DNA of 64,000 nucleotides from Yuukianura sp. NJ FZ-2021 (GCA_046563655.1 CM102290.1:2728001-2792000), one strand, 5' to 3'. Shown: positions 34,701 to 49,326, numbered from the stretch's first letter. A program made the numbers and translations. Notes: a model not told the origin generated them from the sequence alone.

Positions 34701-37700
34701 TCAATTTGTATTGGAAATGGAGCTCCCGGCTTCCGTCCAGACCCTCTTCTGATTGGTTTACAATTGACTCTGCGGGGTAACTGTCAATGGTTACCTTGGA
34801 TGAATAGAGATTTGTGCAAATGGCAGTTAGGAGACTTTGAAAAAATGGACCGAGGAGCTCTACGGCGGAGCTCGTTTTGTAGACGACAGTGTACCGAACA
34901 ACTCCGGATTCTTCGTCAAAACCGTCAAGAGAACCGGCACTTCCCGAATCTCGCGTCGTGATGATCGTTTCCCTCATGTTTCCCATCATTGCTAACCTAT
35001 GTCAACCGGAACATTCAAAATTGAGCAATGCAACTTTAAAATGAAAAGTTAAAAATATAGAAAGAATAGGGGTTGGAATTCACAATTTTAGAAAAAAAAA
35101 AATTCTTACAACTTTCAATAATTGATTCAAAATAATCAAAAAATTACCCTTGGCTTGAATGTTTTAGTACTTCAAGTACACCGTCCAAGTTGATTAGGAA
35201 GTTTGCGAAATCTGGTCCCAGGGCTTTGTATGCTCTTTCGAAATGTGACAGACAGTTGGAGAAATACACAAAACCCAACGCCATTACGAAGCTCAGTTTC
35301 TCCTGTTCCATCCCTAAAAATTCAAAATTTCAACAACAAAAAAAATGTTTGTTTTATAAAGATTAAAATTAAATTCTTCTTTAAATTAAATTCTAGAAGT
35401 CCTATGTTTATTTATTAATGGAATTCCGTCGTGGCAATCCCAGAGACTAAGAAGTGAGTTGAGATAGTTACGTTTTTAACTTGTATTTTTTTACGTGGCG
35501 AATCTTTTGTAAAGTTTCTATTTTTTGAAAGGTTCCATGCCATTGTTTCAAATGAAATGTTTCAAATCGAATTGCTTCAAATGAATTGTTTCAAATCAAA
35601 TTGTTTCAAAAGGTAAATTGTTTCAAAAGGTAAATTGTTTCAAAAGGTAAATTGTTTCAAACAAAATTGTTTCAAATCGAATTGTTTCAAATGGTCAATT
35701 GTTTCAAAAGGTAAATTGTTTCAAACAGAACTGTTTCTAAAAAAAATTGTTTCAAATGACCATAATTGGTTCTATAGTTTGTCTATTTTAAGAAGGCGGG
35801 TTTGTTTCGTTGATTTTTTCGCTTCCATTGCGACGCTTATGGCAAAACTCAGTTTTTGAAAAACACTTTCTCCATTAGGTTTGTATACAAAATTTCAAGA
35901 AATTGATAATTTCTATGTTAACGGTCCATAAGGCGACTGAAATTTTTTCAAATTTGAAAACCGCCTTCTAAAAATAGACAAACTATAAAGGTAAATTGTT
36001 TAAAAAAATTGTTTCTAAAAAAATTTGTTTCTAAACCCAAATTGCTTCTAAAGGGAAATTGTTTTTAGAAATAATTTCAAATTAACGAACTAGTTAACAA
36101 CTTAGATGTTTGTTCCAAAAATGTTTATTTTAACAAAATCAAATACCATTATTCAAAAAATGTAAAGACATGAGCAACAATGGCTATCAGAAGTACGCAA
36201 GCGCGAAACGAACAATTCAACTTAAATTCAAATTCAATTCCTAAATCTAATTTCTAATTACCCAATCACGCAATAAAGTACTAACCTATAAACTTAAGTA
36301 AGTAATAACATACAAAACTAATTCAAAACTAAAACTATCAGTCAACGAGTCAAAATTGGCCATTAGAAACAATTTATTTTTAGAAACAGTTCTGTTTGAA
36401 ACAATTTACCTTTTGAAACAATTGATCATTTGAAACAATTCGATTTGAAACAATTCATTTGAAGCAATTCGATTTGAAACATTTCATTTGAAACAATGGC
36501 ATGCTCCCTTTTGAAACAAGGTGCTTGATGGAACTAACCATAAATTGAGTAGTTGGATCCGAAGTAAGTTACCGAAGTGAAAAACTTTTAGTTGAAGAGG
36601 AAGAGGAAGAAAAGAACTTTTCAGAGGGCGGAATAAGAAAATAATGGCGAAAGCTAAAAAGAAAGTACAAATCCAACCTATTCCATCGTAACTGCACAAA
36701 AACTCGCGTGTTTTCTCCATTTTCATTTCACCGCCAAAAAATAAAAATAAAATGAACTGATGCGTACCACCGTACTCTCCGCAGTGATTATAGCATAGGG
36801 AGTTCAGGAACAGGAGACACACGGGGTGTGGAAAACAGTTTCAAAGTTGAATTTCAACTGTAGATAAACTTTTATGTAACGACGAATCTGTATTTGAGAT
36901 CTCGAAAATTTCAGATTTCCCACATAATGAAAAAACCTTTGTTGATTTCCAAAACCATTCCATTCCATTTATCTTTCGGATTCAATTTTTCTCATCTGGG
37001 ATTTTTTTAGACAGGTTTTCTGTTCTTTTCCCTGGAAGTTAAACTATTTGTGACCAACGTTTGTACCTTTTGGGTGTCAACGTTAGGATCAAGGTTCCTT
37101 GATAACTGAATTGTATTTCCTGCAACATGTTGTCTATTAACTAAGGGTTTTTCAAAAATCTTGGTTCAAACAACTTTTACCACCAATTTTGCACCAATCC
37201 CATTTAGAATACATGCAAAAATTACCATAGAAAGCCAGATTTGCCAGTTTCAAATTTTCAAAGTTCGAGTTATCGGACAACCTGGTGTAGAAAAAGTTTT
37301 TTTTTTGTTTATTAGGATATATTTAAATTGTGGAAATGGCAGAAGGTGAATTCTATTTTGACAAGTTGTAGTTGTCAAGAATTTGGTTTCTATTTTGATT
37401 ACGTCAACCTGTCACAGTTCCAGGATAGTTTTCCCGTCGCTCCTACCTTCAGCTAGTTTACATTATTCTGGAACGTTGGAAAGCCATATTCAGGTTCAGC
37501 CTAATGGGATAAGTGACGGCTTCACAATAAACGTCGCATAGTCATGAACTTCTGCTCTTTTTTCAGCGACATAAGAAGCTTCGTCGACGAAAGAACAGTT
37601 AGAGAAAGCCGGGAGTTTTTTCGAGAAAGTTGAAATTTGGTTGAAAGTAGACATTTATCACTTTCTCCATAACCGAAGAAGTCAGAGCGTTCCTGCTGCA

Positions 37701-40700
37701 GTTAGATTGCATTAGATTCTATAGCTCTAACACACGTGGAACTCTTGGTTCTAGCTTTTCTTTATCCTTGTGTAATGCAAAGTGAAGTACCCGCGACTTC
37801 CCTCGGATCCTGATTTTGGAATAGTGATGTGAAATGGACATTTTAGTCTAATATGACAACTGACACACACATTCCCGCCCAGCCATTCTACCTCTCACCC
37901 CCACTCAAGTCACACTTCTGCAGAAATGGGCATTCTTTATTCACGAAACGGAAGCGACAAAAGTCAAAGTACTTTTACCACTAACCCCAACAGTGCTTTC
38001 TTTCCGGTTTTTACAATTCTATAACCCTACTAGCGCACATTAGTTTGAAAAGTTAGGAAGGAGACTTTAAACAACCCACAGGCGCAGTAGAATTTCAAAA
38101 ACTGCAATAGTTTATAAAAAAAAACAAGCCGAAAATGAAAATGGGTTTCAGAAAATGTGCGTCACTTTTTCTAGAAAACTAAACGTTGACACAATTTTTA
38201 TTTTAGAAAAATGAGGTTTTACTGAGAGATGAAACCCATTTGCGCCTTTTTCCCCATAAATTATAAATTCATGAATATAAAATGCTTATTTTTTAAGATT
38301 CATTCACCTGCTAACAGAACTTGTACCTATCTTCCACTCCAAAAGAAGTAGCGGACAAATTTAAATTTTCAAATACAAATGGCAATTTTGAGAAAGTAGA
38401 AAATTTATGATGAAAAGGTAGTTTCAGAAATATAATTTTTCATAAGTTCCGACATTTTTCAAATAAGTTACTGAAACCCATGACCTTTTAGTTCAGTTTA
38501 AGAACTTCATATATTCAGGGTTAGATTAACCTTGTTATCTAGCCGGATTTACTGCAATGTGTTCAATTTGAAGACATTAAAACAGAAGATTGTTTTTGTT
38601 CTATAAGTTCCTGTTCAGTTTTTTCGCGCTTTCAGCTCAGCAGAAGCCAAAAACTGCCCGTTTAATCCAATTGAGTAGAAAAGGCGAGAATTTCATTTGG
38701 ACGGAAATAAAGCGGAGAAAGTCGCCTTGATCTCATCGTCACTTGTGTCGTGTCCCGCTTTGGAGCTCAAATTCAAACCGCCCGCCTCCGCCCCCATTCT
38801 TCAGTCAAGAAAATCTCATTTTGCCACCACAACCTCCGCTACAACCTTAACTTTAAGTGACTCATAAAAACGAAGAGGTTGGGAAAACTTCCTTGCGGAT
38901 TTTATAGGGTTCCAATTGGATTAAATCCCACTTAAAACAAAGTCAAACCAATTCGAAGAACTCTAGCCCTTGTTTCACTACCTGTAATTAGAAGACTTAA
39001 TTGCTTCAAACAAACCCAAAATAACTTTTTTGGAAAATTTCCGTCCTTTCCTTATGGTCTCATCTGCCAAATCATTTTGCGAATTGGGTTTTGTTCTAAT
39101 TTTAAAAACTAAAAGGCATCTGTACTGGAAACAGTTCCCGCGGGTCTTCTACCGCATGGTCTTTTCTCTTGAAGATCAAATTTTGAAACCAATCTGCTGT
39201 TTTTGGCACTTTTTTGAGGGTTTTGTTAGTGGGCTAACATGGTCGTTGGGCTTTATGAAATGGGCACATCGTAAAATAAAATCTTCAGCCAAGAACATTC
39301 GTTTTTTTTTGCGTAATAACGTAAGCTTTTGCAATGAAGGTTCTATTGTGAATGACGCCCTAATGGAAAATGAACAAAAATTACTTTCATACTATACATA
39401 AACGCCTTCCTTTTGTATCTGAATGCTGGCGGGTGAGAGAATACTTGCCATTTTTGAACAAATTTTTGAAATGGATTTTCAAATGGAACTATGTTTTTTT
39501 CCGCCGTCCTCATTCTCGTGAGAATTTGTGTGTTTTTTGTAGAAGCATAGAGATGATGCTTTTGATTTTGGAATAATGAGGGTAGAAGCCAATTTTCTGT
39601 TTGAAAACAGCTCTGCGTTCGTTTTCAAATAATTTTTTTTTCTAAACAAAAGTGAAAGTGAGTAGAAACTCTGAATTTTTGCTGGTTTCAATGACATATG
39701 AATTGGAACAGAAAATATAAATCTTTCTCTGCTTTTCTAGTCTTATTATATTCTGATTTCGGGGCCTGTCTAAAGCCCATCTAACTCCTACTGCTTCCAT
39801 TCCGCTTCTTTCTTTTTCTCTTTTCAAAAGAAACCGCTTCCCGTGAAGGAAAAAAGAAAAAGACAATTGAGGCAAAGCGAAATGGAGAAACCTGATTCAC
39901 TTTCTCCTGAGCGTTTTCCAAAGAAAACCAAACCTACAAAAAAGTAGGTTGAAACCTTTTGGCGCGATCACTTCTCTCTGGAATTACTAAAACTTCGGCA
40001 CGGTTTTCTCTTTCCAAGTTTATTTACTTTTGCGACTAACGTAAGTGCGACGCGTCGTCCACTACTGACTGATGTAAGGACTACGAAAGTGTCCTTCAGG
40101 AATTGGCATCACGACAACACGATACTCACTTCCTCCATTTCACACGAAACACTTTCCGTTCAAAAAATTTTTTTTTGATGTTGAAGAGGCCTTGCGAACA
40201 TTGGAGCTTCAAGGCTTTCAAAAACAGCAAGTCAAAATCAATTCCCGGAATTTCAAACTCTGACTTCGATTTTGAATCAAATCCGAGTCTGAATTCTGAT
40301 TTTGAGTTTGCAGAGGTTTGGTTTTGGCTCAAAATGAGAAATTCTATGGTTCAAATGACAAATGGCTGTAATTAAAACCACAAGAGAACTGTGATGTGCA
40401 CTTTGGAAACGTTATGCTCAGATCAAGAAGACATGCATCACCTCATCTTCAAATTTGTCATTTTAAGGAAGTAGGCCCATGCGGCTTCAAGATCAGAGAC
40501 GAATCGAAATTTTCTCTAAAAAGCTGAAATGTTCAAGCGTCATTTGCAAACCTTTGTACGTACGAACCCTTTGTTTGAGTCAAGGAATCACAAACTTTGA
40601 ATCTAGCAAAACTTGGCACGAGAACCAATCGATCATCTTACTTTTGCCAACCAAAAAACACAAATCTTGTGTCACGCATTCGATGAAAACTGGATTCTCA

Positions 40701-43700
40701 ACGGCTCGTAACGAAAAACGTTCCAAGCAAAAAAAATGTTTTCCCGCTTTTCACTTTGAATTCTAATCACGTCGTTGAGTTCAAGAGAAAGCAGAAAAGC
40801 CGGTAGTTGGGGCAAGAAAGCTCGCGGTAGTTTAAAACTTTAAAATTCTCAAAGTCAAAATTTTGAAACTTCCATTTTTCAGGTTTACAGAGACAGGGTT
40901 GTAAAGTGAAAGGTTTTCGCTTGCTTTTTTTCAATGTATTTCAAATTTTGTATAAACAGGCCCTCAAAAATTCAGTTTTTTGTTTTATCAGCTTAAAACA
41001 TGCCTCAGATGCACAAGTTTTCAAATCGTGTGAATAAACTTCAATTCCCGAGTGATTATGACTACATTCTGGACATTTTTTTTGCTTTCTCTCATGGAAT
41101 ATAGTGTTAGGTTCGTCTAATGAACTCCATTTGTTTGAATCGAATTGAAGAGAAAACTACTACAGTGTCTGGTGAATCCTTGTAAATTGGTCATTACAGC
41201 TTGAGAGCGTGAGATTTAAGAAACAATGGGACTCACCATCAAAGATTTCATTGGTGATTCTGCCGATGTCTGCAAAATGATTGTCAGATGCAGAGCGTGT
41301 TTTCATTATTCGACTTTTCCAGTCTCTCCCTTGTTCCTCTGAGTCTCCATTTGTCAGGCGAAGAATGGATCTGAAACAAGATGGGAATAGAAATGGAATT
41401 CAATAGAACCTTCAACTTACTCAACTAAGGCAAATAAAAACAAACACAGTTGATTTCATGAAAGAAAAAAAAACAAGTCTTTCGTAATTACAAAAACTAC
41501 ACAGCCTCGCCATTTTTTTCTCAAAAGTAATTTTGTTTTTGTAGAAAGTATAAAAAGAAAGCCAAGCTCTTGTACTTCTCTAAACATATTTCAAAAATGA
41601 AATTGCTAAGGAACAAAATTAAAAAACTGCATTGATTTTTTATTCGGAATGAGTTTCTCCGTTGTTTTGAAAAATGTATAAAAATATCGTTAGCACAGAC
41701 TTTGAATCTTCAGCTTCAAAATATTTTCACTCGATTTAATTTTCTCCTAATAACCTAACCTAGCTATTGGTCTAAAACTAGATAAAAATTGACAAAATTT
41801 GCCCTTTGTTATTTTGTTTTTCAAAAAAAAATTTTTTTTGTTGAAAAACGGACTTGTGACGGAAATGTTATGTCGAATTTGATGAGAATTGGAGGCTTTC
41901 CTTGGACTCCAAATAATTGTGTAGTAGAGGAGATGATGGAAGCCACACATACGTTTTTCCTTGTTCAGTATCTCTAGAGACTCAATTTTCGATTAAGCTC
42001 CTGGATTCGAACGATTGTTCCCTGGAGCATTGCCGCCATAATCTTTGTGAATAATGTTAGGTTTTAGGAAGAAGAAGATGCAGTTCCATCCAAGAATTGA
42101 ACGGAACTAAAAAGGAGTGAAGAAGTCTGAAGAGGGCGTGTAGATTGAATTTCAAATTTTCCGTCTCTCAACTTTTATGGAATGAAAGAAAACTCTTTTC
42201 GTAGATATTGCCAATATGGTTGCCATTATCATTCAGCAGCGAGGGAAAAGATGCACAAACCTCGTAAGGAAGTAATCACGAGTGAAAGTTCCATTTGGAC
42301 TTTTTACAGATTTGCGTTTTTTTTTTTCGAAAAAGCTTTTTTGTGATACTCTTGTTACAAAAAGCAGTTTACTAACAAAATGACAATCAGAAATGGAAAT
42401 TGCAAAACGTGTGCAAAAATGAAAACGATTTTGTTTTGAAAGAATTTTCGAATTTGAAATTGTTGCATTTTTTTTTACTTTTCTGAGAGACGTGTGCCAA
42501 AACTCCTCCTGTTAACAGCCAATAGGATTTTGTTCCAACCTTGTTTGAAATTACTTAAAGCTCAGAATGATGATGAGCTTTTTTTGCTGTTCCTGCTGTC
42601 CAGTGGTGGGTTTAATAAGTTAAAGTCCGCTTAATGAAATTTTTGTTCGGAAGGGTTTGAATTCCCGCGTATTTTCAACTTCGTGCTTGGAAATTAAGAA
42701 CTTTCAAAGTCTCGCGGTATTTTTTCTCATCTCTAGAGTAGTGTAAGCTCCATAACGCAAGAGTTACGGTCATTACATCAAAGCCAAGAGGATCCTGATT
42801 CCGTGCTTTATTGCCCTATCATCACCGGGACGTCCGGAAGAGTGTGATCTCTCTTTTTTCAAAAAACTCCTAAAACTCCCGCCCTTTCTACTCATGATTC
42901 CGTGACTCATGACCCGAACTACTCAGCCTCACCACTAATCTTCTATCCATTTGCAAATATTGTCACAAGTCTCATCTAACTCTTGCCTCAGATGAGAGGA
43001 TAAAAGCTCTTAGAAAATGAACAAGAAAACTTTCTCTTTTTGTTCCAAAAGTTCAAATAAAAACCAAAAGTAAAAGTTACTTCCTTTGAAGAATCTTAGT
43101 TTTTAGAAGAATGGAAACATTTGCTTTGTTGTAGTGCGGTTTCTGCTTCATTCCAGAAGTACAACAGGAGACGGTTAATTTTAACAAGATGGGACAACGT
43201 GTGGGTTTTGAGAGTTTGTTTACTGAGATAAGACTGCGGGATTTTTTAAAATTTGGGCGAAACATGGTTGCTTCCATCATCTTTAATGTCCTGTGTCATG
43301 TGGCCTTCGTGTTTCCAAAGACTGCTCAAATGATGATGCATGTCTGTATCTAATAGGTTCCTTAATGCTCCACTCATTTCAAACAGCCCGCTCATGACTA
43401 ATCACATTAATGTTCCTCCGTACACTTTTCAAAATTTTTGAATTTCAAATTCAATGGTGCGCGGGAGGAAATATGAACAAAACTTTACGAAACAATTCCA
43501 CAGTCAGTTAAAGTTAAAATTTGAAAATTAAAATTTCTATTTTGAAAGTTAAAATTTCCTTACCGTATTTTCTTACTGCTGGCACCAAATTCCTTTGAAT
43601 TTCTTTCCAGTTCCACAAGAGAATCCTCAACCAATCCATCCTAAAAACAAAACAATTTTAAAATACTTCATGAACTTTTAATTTAATGAAATTGTTCTAA

Positions 43701-46700
43701 TCTTCTTAATTTAAAAGCAGCGAAAAAAAAACACAGACATTGTTGCTGTCTAAAATATATTCTTCTTTTTTTGCTTTTCTTTTTCCTTTTTAGCATGTTT
43801 GCTACTTTCCTTTTGAGTTTTTTTTTTTTTTGAATTCAGAACGTATCCCGGAACCATTTAGTTTAATTTGAAACAAACTTTTGCAACTTATTTCCGTGTC
43901 ATGAAGGCACTTTACCAACTTTTGAGACCATGCAGAAACAGTTGGGATGCAAATGATTAGTTTCCCTAACAAACAAATGCCTCTACCAGAACTTTTAAAA
44001 CAAGTCTAAATTATTCATTAGGGAAAGTGTAGGCATCCAGACAGAGGCCTTCTCTGGCGCTGTTAAAATTCAAAAATTAAAACCCAACTTTTCGAAATTA
44101 ACTGCCAAGAAGGTGATGAAACCTACGGAAATTAAATTAAAAACAAAATCTCTTTTGGAATAACTTTGCTTTCAAATTACTCCTTAAAAAACTTCGTTGT
44201 TAGTGTGAAAATGTTTTACACAAACTTTTGATTTAAAAACGTCAGAAAAATATAAACTTGCATCTAACTTTGGCAGAAAAAGATTCTTGAGAGAAAACCG
44301 AAACTAAGGTTGAAGCAAATCAAATGGATTCTCAAATCTTTGACGCTTTTTATTTAAAGTCAACTGCTGGAAGAAGATCAGGCGAAGAAATCAGAATGGC
44401 TGAAAGAAATTTATACTTTTAAAGAGTCCTTTTTAAATTTGCAATTCATAGTTTTCTGCCAACTGGATTACAAAATTCTATTTCGTAAAAGTTGGAAGAC
44501 TTGGCACTCTTTTGTATATTTTTCAAACCTTTTAACCTACAGTTTAAACAAGTTTTCAAAAAAAAATGAAGTTTCTACTTTTTCCGTTTTCCTTAAAAAA
44601 ATTATTCATTCCCAAAAGAATTTTTCTCACAAGCTCCAAAACTTAGTGTTTTACTTCCGATTAATTTTCAACAAACCAAGAAATTCAAAAAAAAAGTTTG
44701 AATTTTTGATGCGGTTTTGCAGTCTCTTTCGCGGTTTGTTCTACACGCATTAGCATTACGAAATGGAAAGTTATATTTAAAAACACGAAATTAAAATTTT
44801 GAAATAGGGGAAATTGGTTACAAATTACAAAGAATCTTTTCGTTTGAAAGAAACGGAGAGGAAAATTTAATAATAATTTCAATGGGTTCACACAACTGGA
44901 AAAATGAGTCTGGATTGTTTCCTTTTTTCTAAAAACTAGATTCTGAGGGATACTCACGAAATTTGCCAACAGTTTTCCGTTTGCGAAAATAAATCATAAA
45001 GAGATCTCTTTGAAAGTCGTCTTTCACCCATGTCATACCAAACCGTTCTACTTAGTGAAAGTCTACCTCGAAATTCGGGGTTCAGAATTATACTTCAAGG
45101 TAGTACAAAGAATAGCATAAGGAAAATTCAATTTTGAATTTTCTGAATATGATTTTGATTGAAAACGGACCTACAGAGGAGCATGAAGCTTTTTCCATTG
45201 TGTTTAACTTAAATCTGGAAAATTTTTGGGGACAGTAGTATGTGAGTGGGTTTGAAAAATGTGGACTTGAATAAAGTTAGTTGACCTAACCAGGCTTTAA
45301 AGCCTAAACGGAGCAATTTTTGTCTATAAACTTTTCAGACTTTCTTTTCTCCTTTTTTCCTGGTTTATTTTTGTAGTGTTCAAACATTGATTTTATATTT
45401 CCGTTTTTACAACTCCAGGGGCACAGCCGGCATCACTGTAAAAAATCTTCGATTAAACTTTCCCTGCTGTAAAACCTCGGATGTAGTAAGGATGAGCATA
45501 CTTGGGCAAAAGGCTCCCCCGCATCCATTCAATTTCGTATTATATTTTTGTTGTCAGAGGAACAAAACAAGTCATTTTTATTCAGAAGGTGTCGTCGGGA
45601 CATCTGATGTGAGAGTACTAGAAGGTAGTGCCCACTCATGATCCAGAAAGACGATATTGACTTGTGCTGAGAAACGGAAGTGAAAGTGATGCTAAGCTGT
45701 AAGTTCCTTGGGAGTCGACAAACAAGACAACAACATCAATATGACCAATTCCCACGGATGCCATGGGCAGATGGTTCCAAGCATGACATGGGTACCCACC
45801 ATTCCGCCTCCACCTCCTCCATGACTCGAATCCACAATTTTTTCCCTCCAAATCTTCCATTTATAACCAACTACACACAGAATCTCCTAAAAAAATGTTC
45901 TGCACGAAAACTAAAACCTAGGAAAAGACAAGGCTGGCATTAAAAGACTCTCAAAAAACACACAACTCCCCCAAGACATTGTATGTGCTCAATCGAAAAC
46001 CACTTTCAAACTGCAAACATTTTCTTTAGAATTCAAAAAAAAAATGTAAGATAAACATGCAGTTTTTTGCTCTTTTGATAGAAATTGCTCAATTCATTCA
46101 AAAACAGATTCTATGTTCACTTAAATGTCCAGTCTCTTTTGTTAATAGTTAGAACAAGACCAATGTGAGAGGCGGGCTTTCTAACAAATTTGAATTTCCC
46201 TCCGGAGATCCATTCATGACCAAAATGAACGTGGGATGTTAATCTTGTAGGCTCTTTAGCCTACGTACAACGGAGTTCATTGGCAGTAGATGAGTAGACA
46301 GATCCTAAATTCGATAATCCATCGTCATCTACTATTCTTAAACGAGTTGAAATAGCCTCCAAATGAAGTGGTTCTATGAGCCTACAGGGACACAAAGTAT
46401 CGTTTTACTTGTACTACCTCCATTACACTGCATATTTTAAAACAAAAAAAGAAGGAAAATCCGAAACCCGGGAGTTTCGGCAGAGATGGACGGCTTTCTG
46501 TTCTGCTTCACTACTCCGCCGTTCTAGCTGCTTCCTAGACTCATTTTGGGAAACTCTGGAAAGATTAAAGTCAATGTCCCTCTGTCCATTTGACTGCCTA
46601 ATCGACTCTGACAATAAGGAATGGCTTTCTATTCGGCAACTAGAAAACATAAAAAAACGGGAGATTTAGATTCGCAATGACCCAGTGTTACTTTGGTTAA

Positions 46701-49326
46701 AATTCAAAAGCCCTGACATGGGAGAACTAACCTATCGTCCACCAATTTCATAAAAAAAAGTATCAAAAAATACTTTGAGACAAATTTCAATTTGAAAGGC
46801 CTTCTACAAAGTTATTGTGGAAGCTCGTTCTTGATTTCTCTTGAATTGGACAGTGCTTTCACTGTGTTAAAAAAGAAAGTGAAATCACAATTGAAAGTGC
46901 CTGTAGCTCCAAACTGTGGCTCCTTTGAACCGTCTCGAGCAGAATTCCCTAGTGCTAGGATCCAATTCAATTTCCATAAAGGAGAAAATATCAACATCCA
47001 CCCACATCCACAAGAGAGGTTTCAATGCTTTTACAAAATTGAAATCCGGAAGGCAGTGGAAGGCGCAGGAACGAAAAAGAAAATTTTAAAGTCACAGGGA
47101 AAATCTTAAACTTTAATTCCTTCTCTACTTTATTAGAAAATTTTAAAGTTTCAAGGAGATGCAAAGGCTTAAACAAAGGCTTCTAAAAACCAAACAACAA
47201 CATCACAAAGCTTATTTTGGAAAAAAAAACTGTCTTGGACAATTTAAGGGTGTCTCGACAAATCTGGTTAAGTTCAAAACAGTCAACAGAAATGGCTGCC
47301 TGTTTAGGTGCTGTCCGATTTACTTGTAAACATATTTGTTCCCATTCAACTTAACCAACGTTAAAGTTAGTATGAATTTGCTAGTTGGAAAGTTTTGTCG
47401 ATAGAAGAAACATAGAAAGAGGAAAACAATTCCCTCTTGAACTGAGGAGCACTTGACAATAATTGGATCCAAGGGCCCCCCAAACCCACTCAAGATGGAA
47501 ATGGCGGGAAAGGTTAAGCGTGATTTTCCGTTCCTTAAGGAAATAATGGAAGACTTTAGTTAGGAGAGGAACAAAGGCGGCAAGCACTCCGGTGTTCAAA
47601 CTTTGAATTTGATTTCTATTCTATTTTGTTATGGGTTCGAAGAAGAAGAAAGTAAAAGCGCTCAATGGACTTTCCAAAGTTTATTCACAGAAACAACCTC
47701 TTTGCGTTCGTTCGTTCTTCGGCTAAGTAATGGGTTTGGATTCTTTTAGAAAAAGAAACTTTTGTAACTGAACTCTTTTTGAAATGAAAGGGGGACATTT
47801 GGAACATAGTGTACAACAAAATTTATAGAAGAGAAACGTAGGAGGCTTTGATTAAGAGAGATTAAATAAATACAGAGAGACGGAAATGTTTTCCAATTAC
47901 TTTCGCTGCATTATCGTTCTCTTCCACTTTCTCCAAAATTTCATTTTCACGAAACTTCTCTGCGGTGTACATTCACGCATTTTCATTACCAACTTTTCCT
48001 AGAAGAGCTCAAAATGAAGGCTCGAATTGCAAGCAAACTCCTTTTCTTATACTTCCCACGCAATATTTCCATTCGTCATGCTTCCGCATTTTTTCTAAAT
48101 AGTTTCCCAACCTACGACTGTTAAGGCTCAGCATAAAGTCAAAAAATCAAGTTCTGAGAAAGTAAAAATTGCTTTTACTTTCACCAACTTTTCTCTCATA
48201 CGACATAAGTCGAGGTGCTGTTTACACCTTGTTTCAAGCTCTGATTGTGAAGGTAGATTAGACGTGTTTTACAACCTTGTTGATGTGTTTTAGTTTTGAC
48301 CTCAAATAGTCAATTTTAATAGAAACTGCCTGCACAATTTTTTAAAGAAAAAAAAGGGATTTCACACAAACAGGCTTCAAGTTTCTCAAATCAAACACAA
48401 ACTTGAAGTTCAAGCGGAAAATATGGGAATTTGATACGGTAGAGTTGAAATCCAGGATCAGAAAATTGAAATTATTTTGAAGTTTGTGTTTTCTTTTTCT
48501 TTGCCATTGAAAATGAATTGAGTGCTAGGAAACCAAAATCTTTTACTTTCTCTCCAGTACAGTTATCTTGTACGAATATTTTTTGACACGCTACATTTTT
48601 TTTTGCCTGGCGTAACTTGAGTACAAATTATTGATTTTGTACAACTCATCACTCAACGTTAATGTTAGGTTGGTTAGTAGGTTAAGCCAGTAAAACGTAG
48701 ACTATAATTCTACAATAGAAGAGCTAAGGGAGGCAGGTAATGTTGATTTATGTTGAGCTGGCGTGAAAGTGAAATGTTGATTCTAGTTATTACACACTTA
48801 CTCAAACTTGATCCCTGTATCCATTCTTATTTTGTTTTACTAACTTTCACTTCCCTTGTTCCCAACAGCCAACATTCTTTGCCTTCCAATTAGTCAGAGA
48901 AACTCAAAACTATTTTACTCAGACTTGGTTTCATCGTAACTTTAGCTCCTACTTTGTTTCAGCACAAACCAAAAGTTTCTTGGAAAAATAACACTGGGAA
49001 CCAACCGTTTCTGCCAGTTAAGATTTTCAACTAAAGTGAATTAACGCCGCCGGTTGAATTTTGTGAAAAACAAAGAAAAATCGAGCGCGGATGCTGAGGC
49101 TACTTAATTACTGATTTTTTTTGTCAAGTAGAGTTTATACATGTATTTTGTTAAAATTTGCTACCTGTGGCACAATCAGTGCAATGATGGCTGAGCTGAG
49201 GGATGACAAGTTGAGGTCATCGGATGGTAGAGTGACGGAATCCATAGTTTGAACTTGACCTTGAGAAGGTCGATGACCCGAGTCAAGGCTTGCGGAGGCC
49301 TTTCGCATATTGAATGGACAGGTCAT
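22718..49326 (-). CDS. Gycalpha99B: Soluble guanylate cyclase alpha subunit (GUCY1A / Gycalpha99B type), about 738 aa, 11 coding exons
   Basis: Exons 49326-49165, 43640-43564, 41370-41237, 35313-35148, 34996-34297, 33412-33233, 27906-27768, 27580-27414, 23489-23346, 23220-23066, 22910-22718 join in one frame. N-terminus MTCPF; pseudo-[29 protein letters not shown]...MELKGQM...[19 protein letters not shown]; coiled coil [10 protein letters not shown]; cyclase [46 protein letters not shown]. Exons 2-3 are supported only by splice sites and phase. Confidence 0.93.
26890..27163. mobile_element. hAT-like MITE (CAAGGTT family), inverted relative of the 33781 copy
   Basis: caaggttc...gaaccttg termini; flanks caattcac/cacttcag match 6/8. 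Internal sequence resembles the reverse complement of 33781-34048. Confidence 0.7.
33781..34048. mobile_element. hAT-like MITE (CAAGGTT family)
   Basis: caaggtt...aaccttg termini; TSD gttggaat/gctggaat (7/8); subterminal inverted repeat ttaacaggttggg / cccaacctgttaa. Confidence 0.78.
35531..36508. mobile_element. Foldback/MULE-like non-autonomous element with long modular inverted arms
   Basis: The left arm (catgccattgtttcaaatgaaatg...) and right arm (...catttcatttgaaacaatggcatg) are reverse complements built from tandem aattgtttcaaa modules. Flanked by the direct repeat ttttgaaa (35523-35530 and 36509-36516). Confidence 0.8.
35773..35987. mobile_element. MITE nested in the Foldback-like element
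   Basis: 27-bp inverted repeat tatagtttgtctattttaagaaggcgg / ccgccttctaaaaatagacaaactata (1 mismatch); the outer TA may be the TSD. It interrupts the module array. Confidence 0.72.
37090..37311. mobile_element. hAT-like MITE (CAAGGTT family) with right TIR deleted
   Basis: Left terminus caaggttccttga preceded by gttaggat. The right part matches the 6210 copy up to ttgttta and is followed directly by ttaggat (TSD remnant). Confidence 0.6.

Noticed and set aside
35635..35859. ORF with repeated NCFK motifs
   Set aside because: Translation of the Foldback-like arm modules.
37400..49100. Numerous 60-120-aa Phe/Lys-rich ORFs in sGC alpha introns
   Set aside because: Composition reflects poly-A/T tracts; no domains or consistent splice structure apart from the two exons called.
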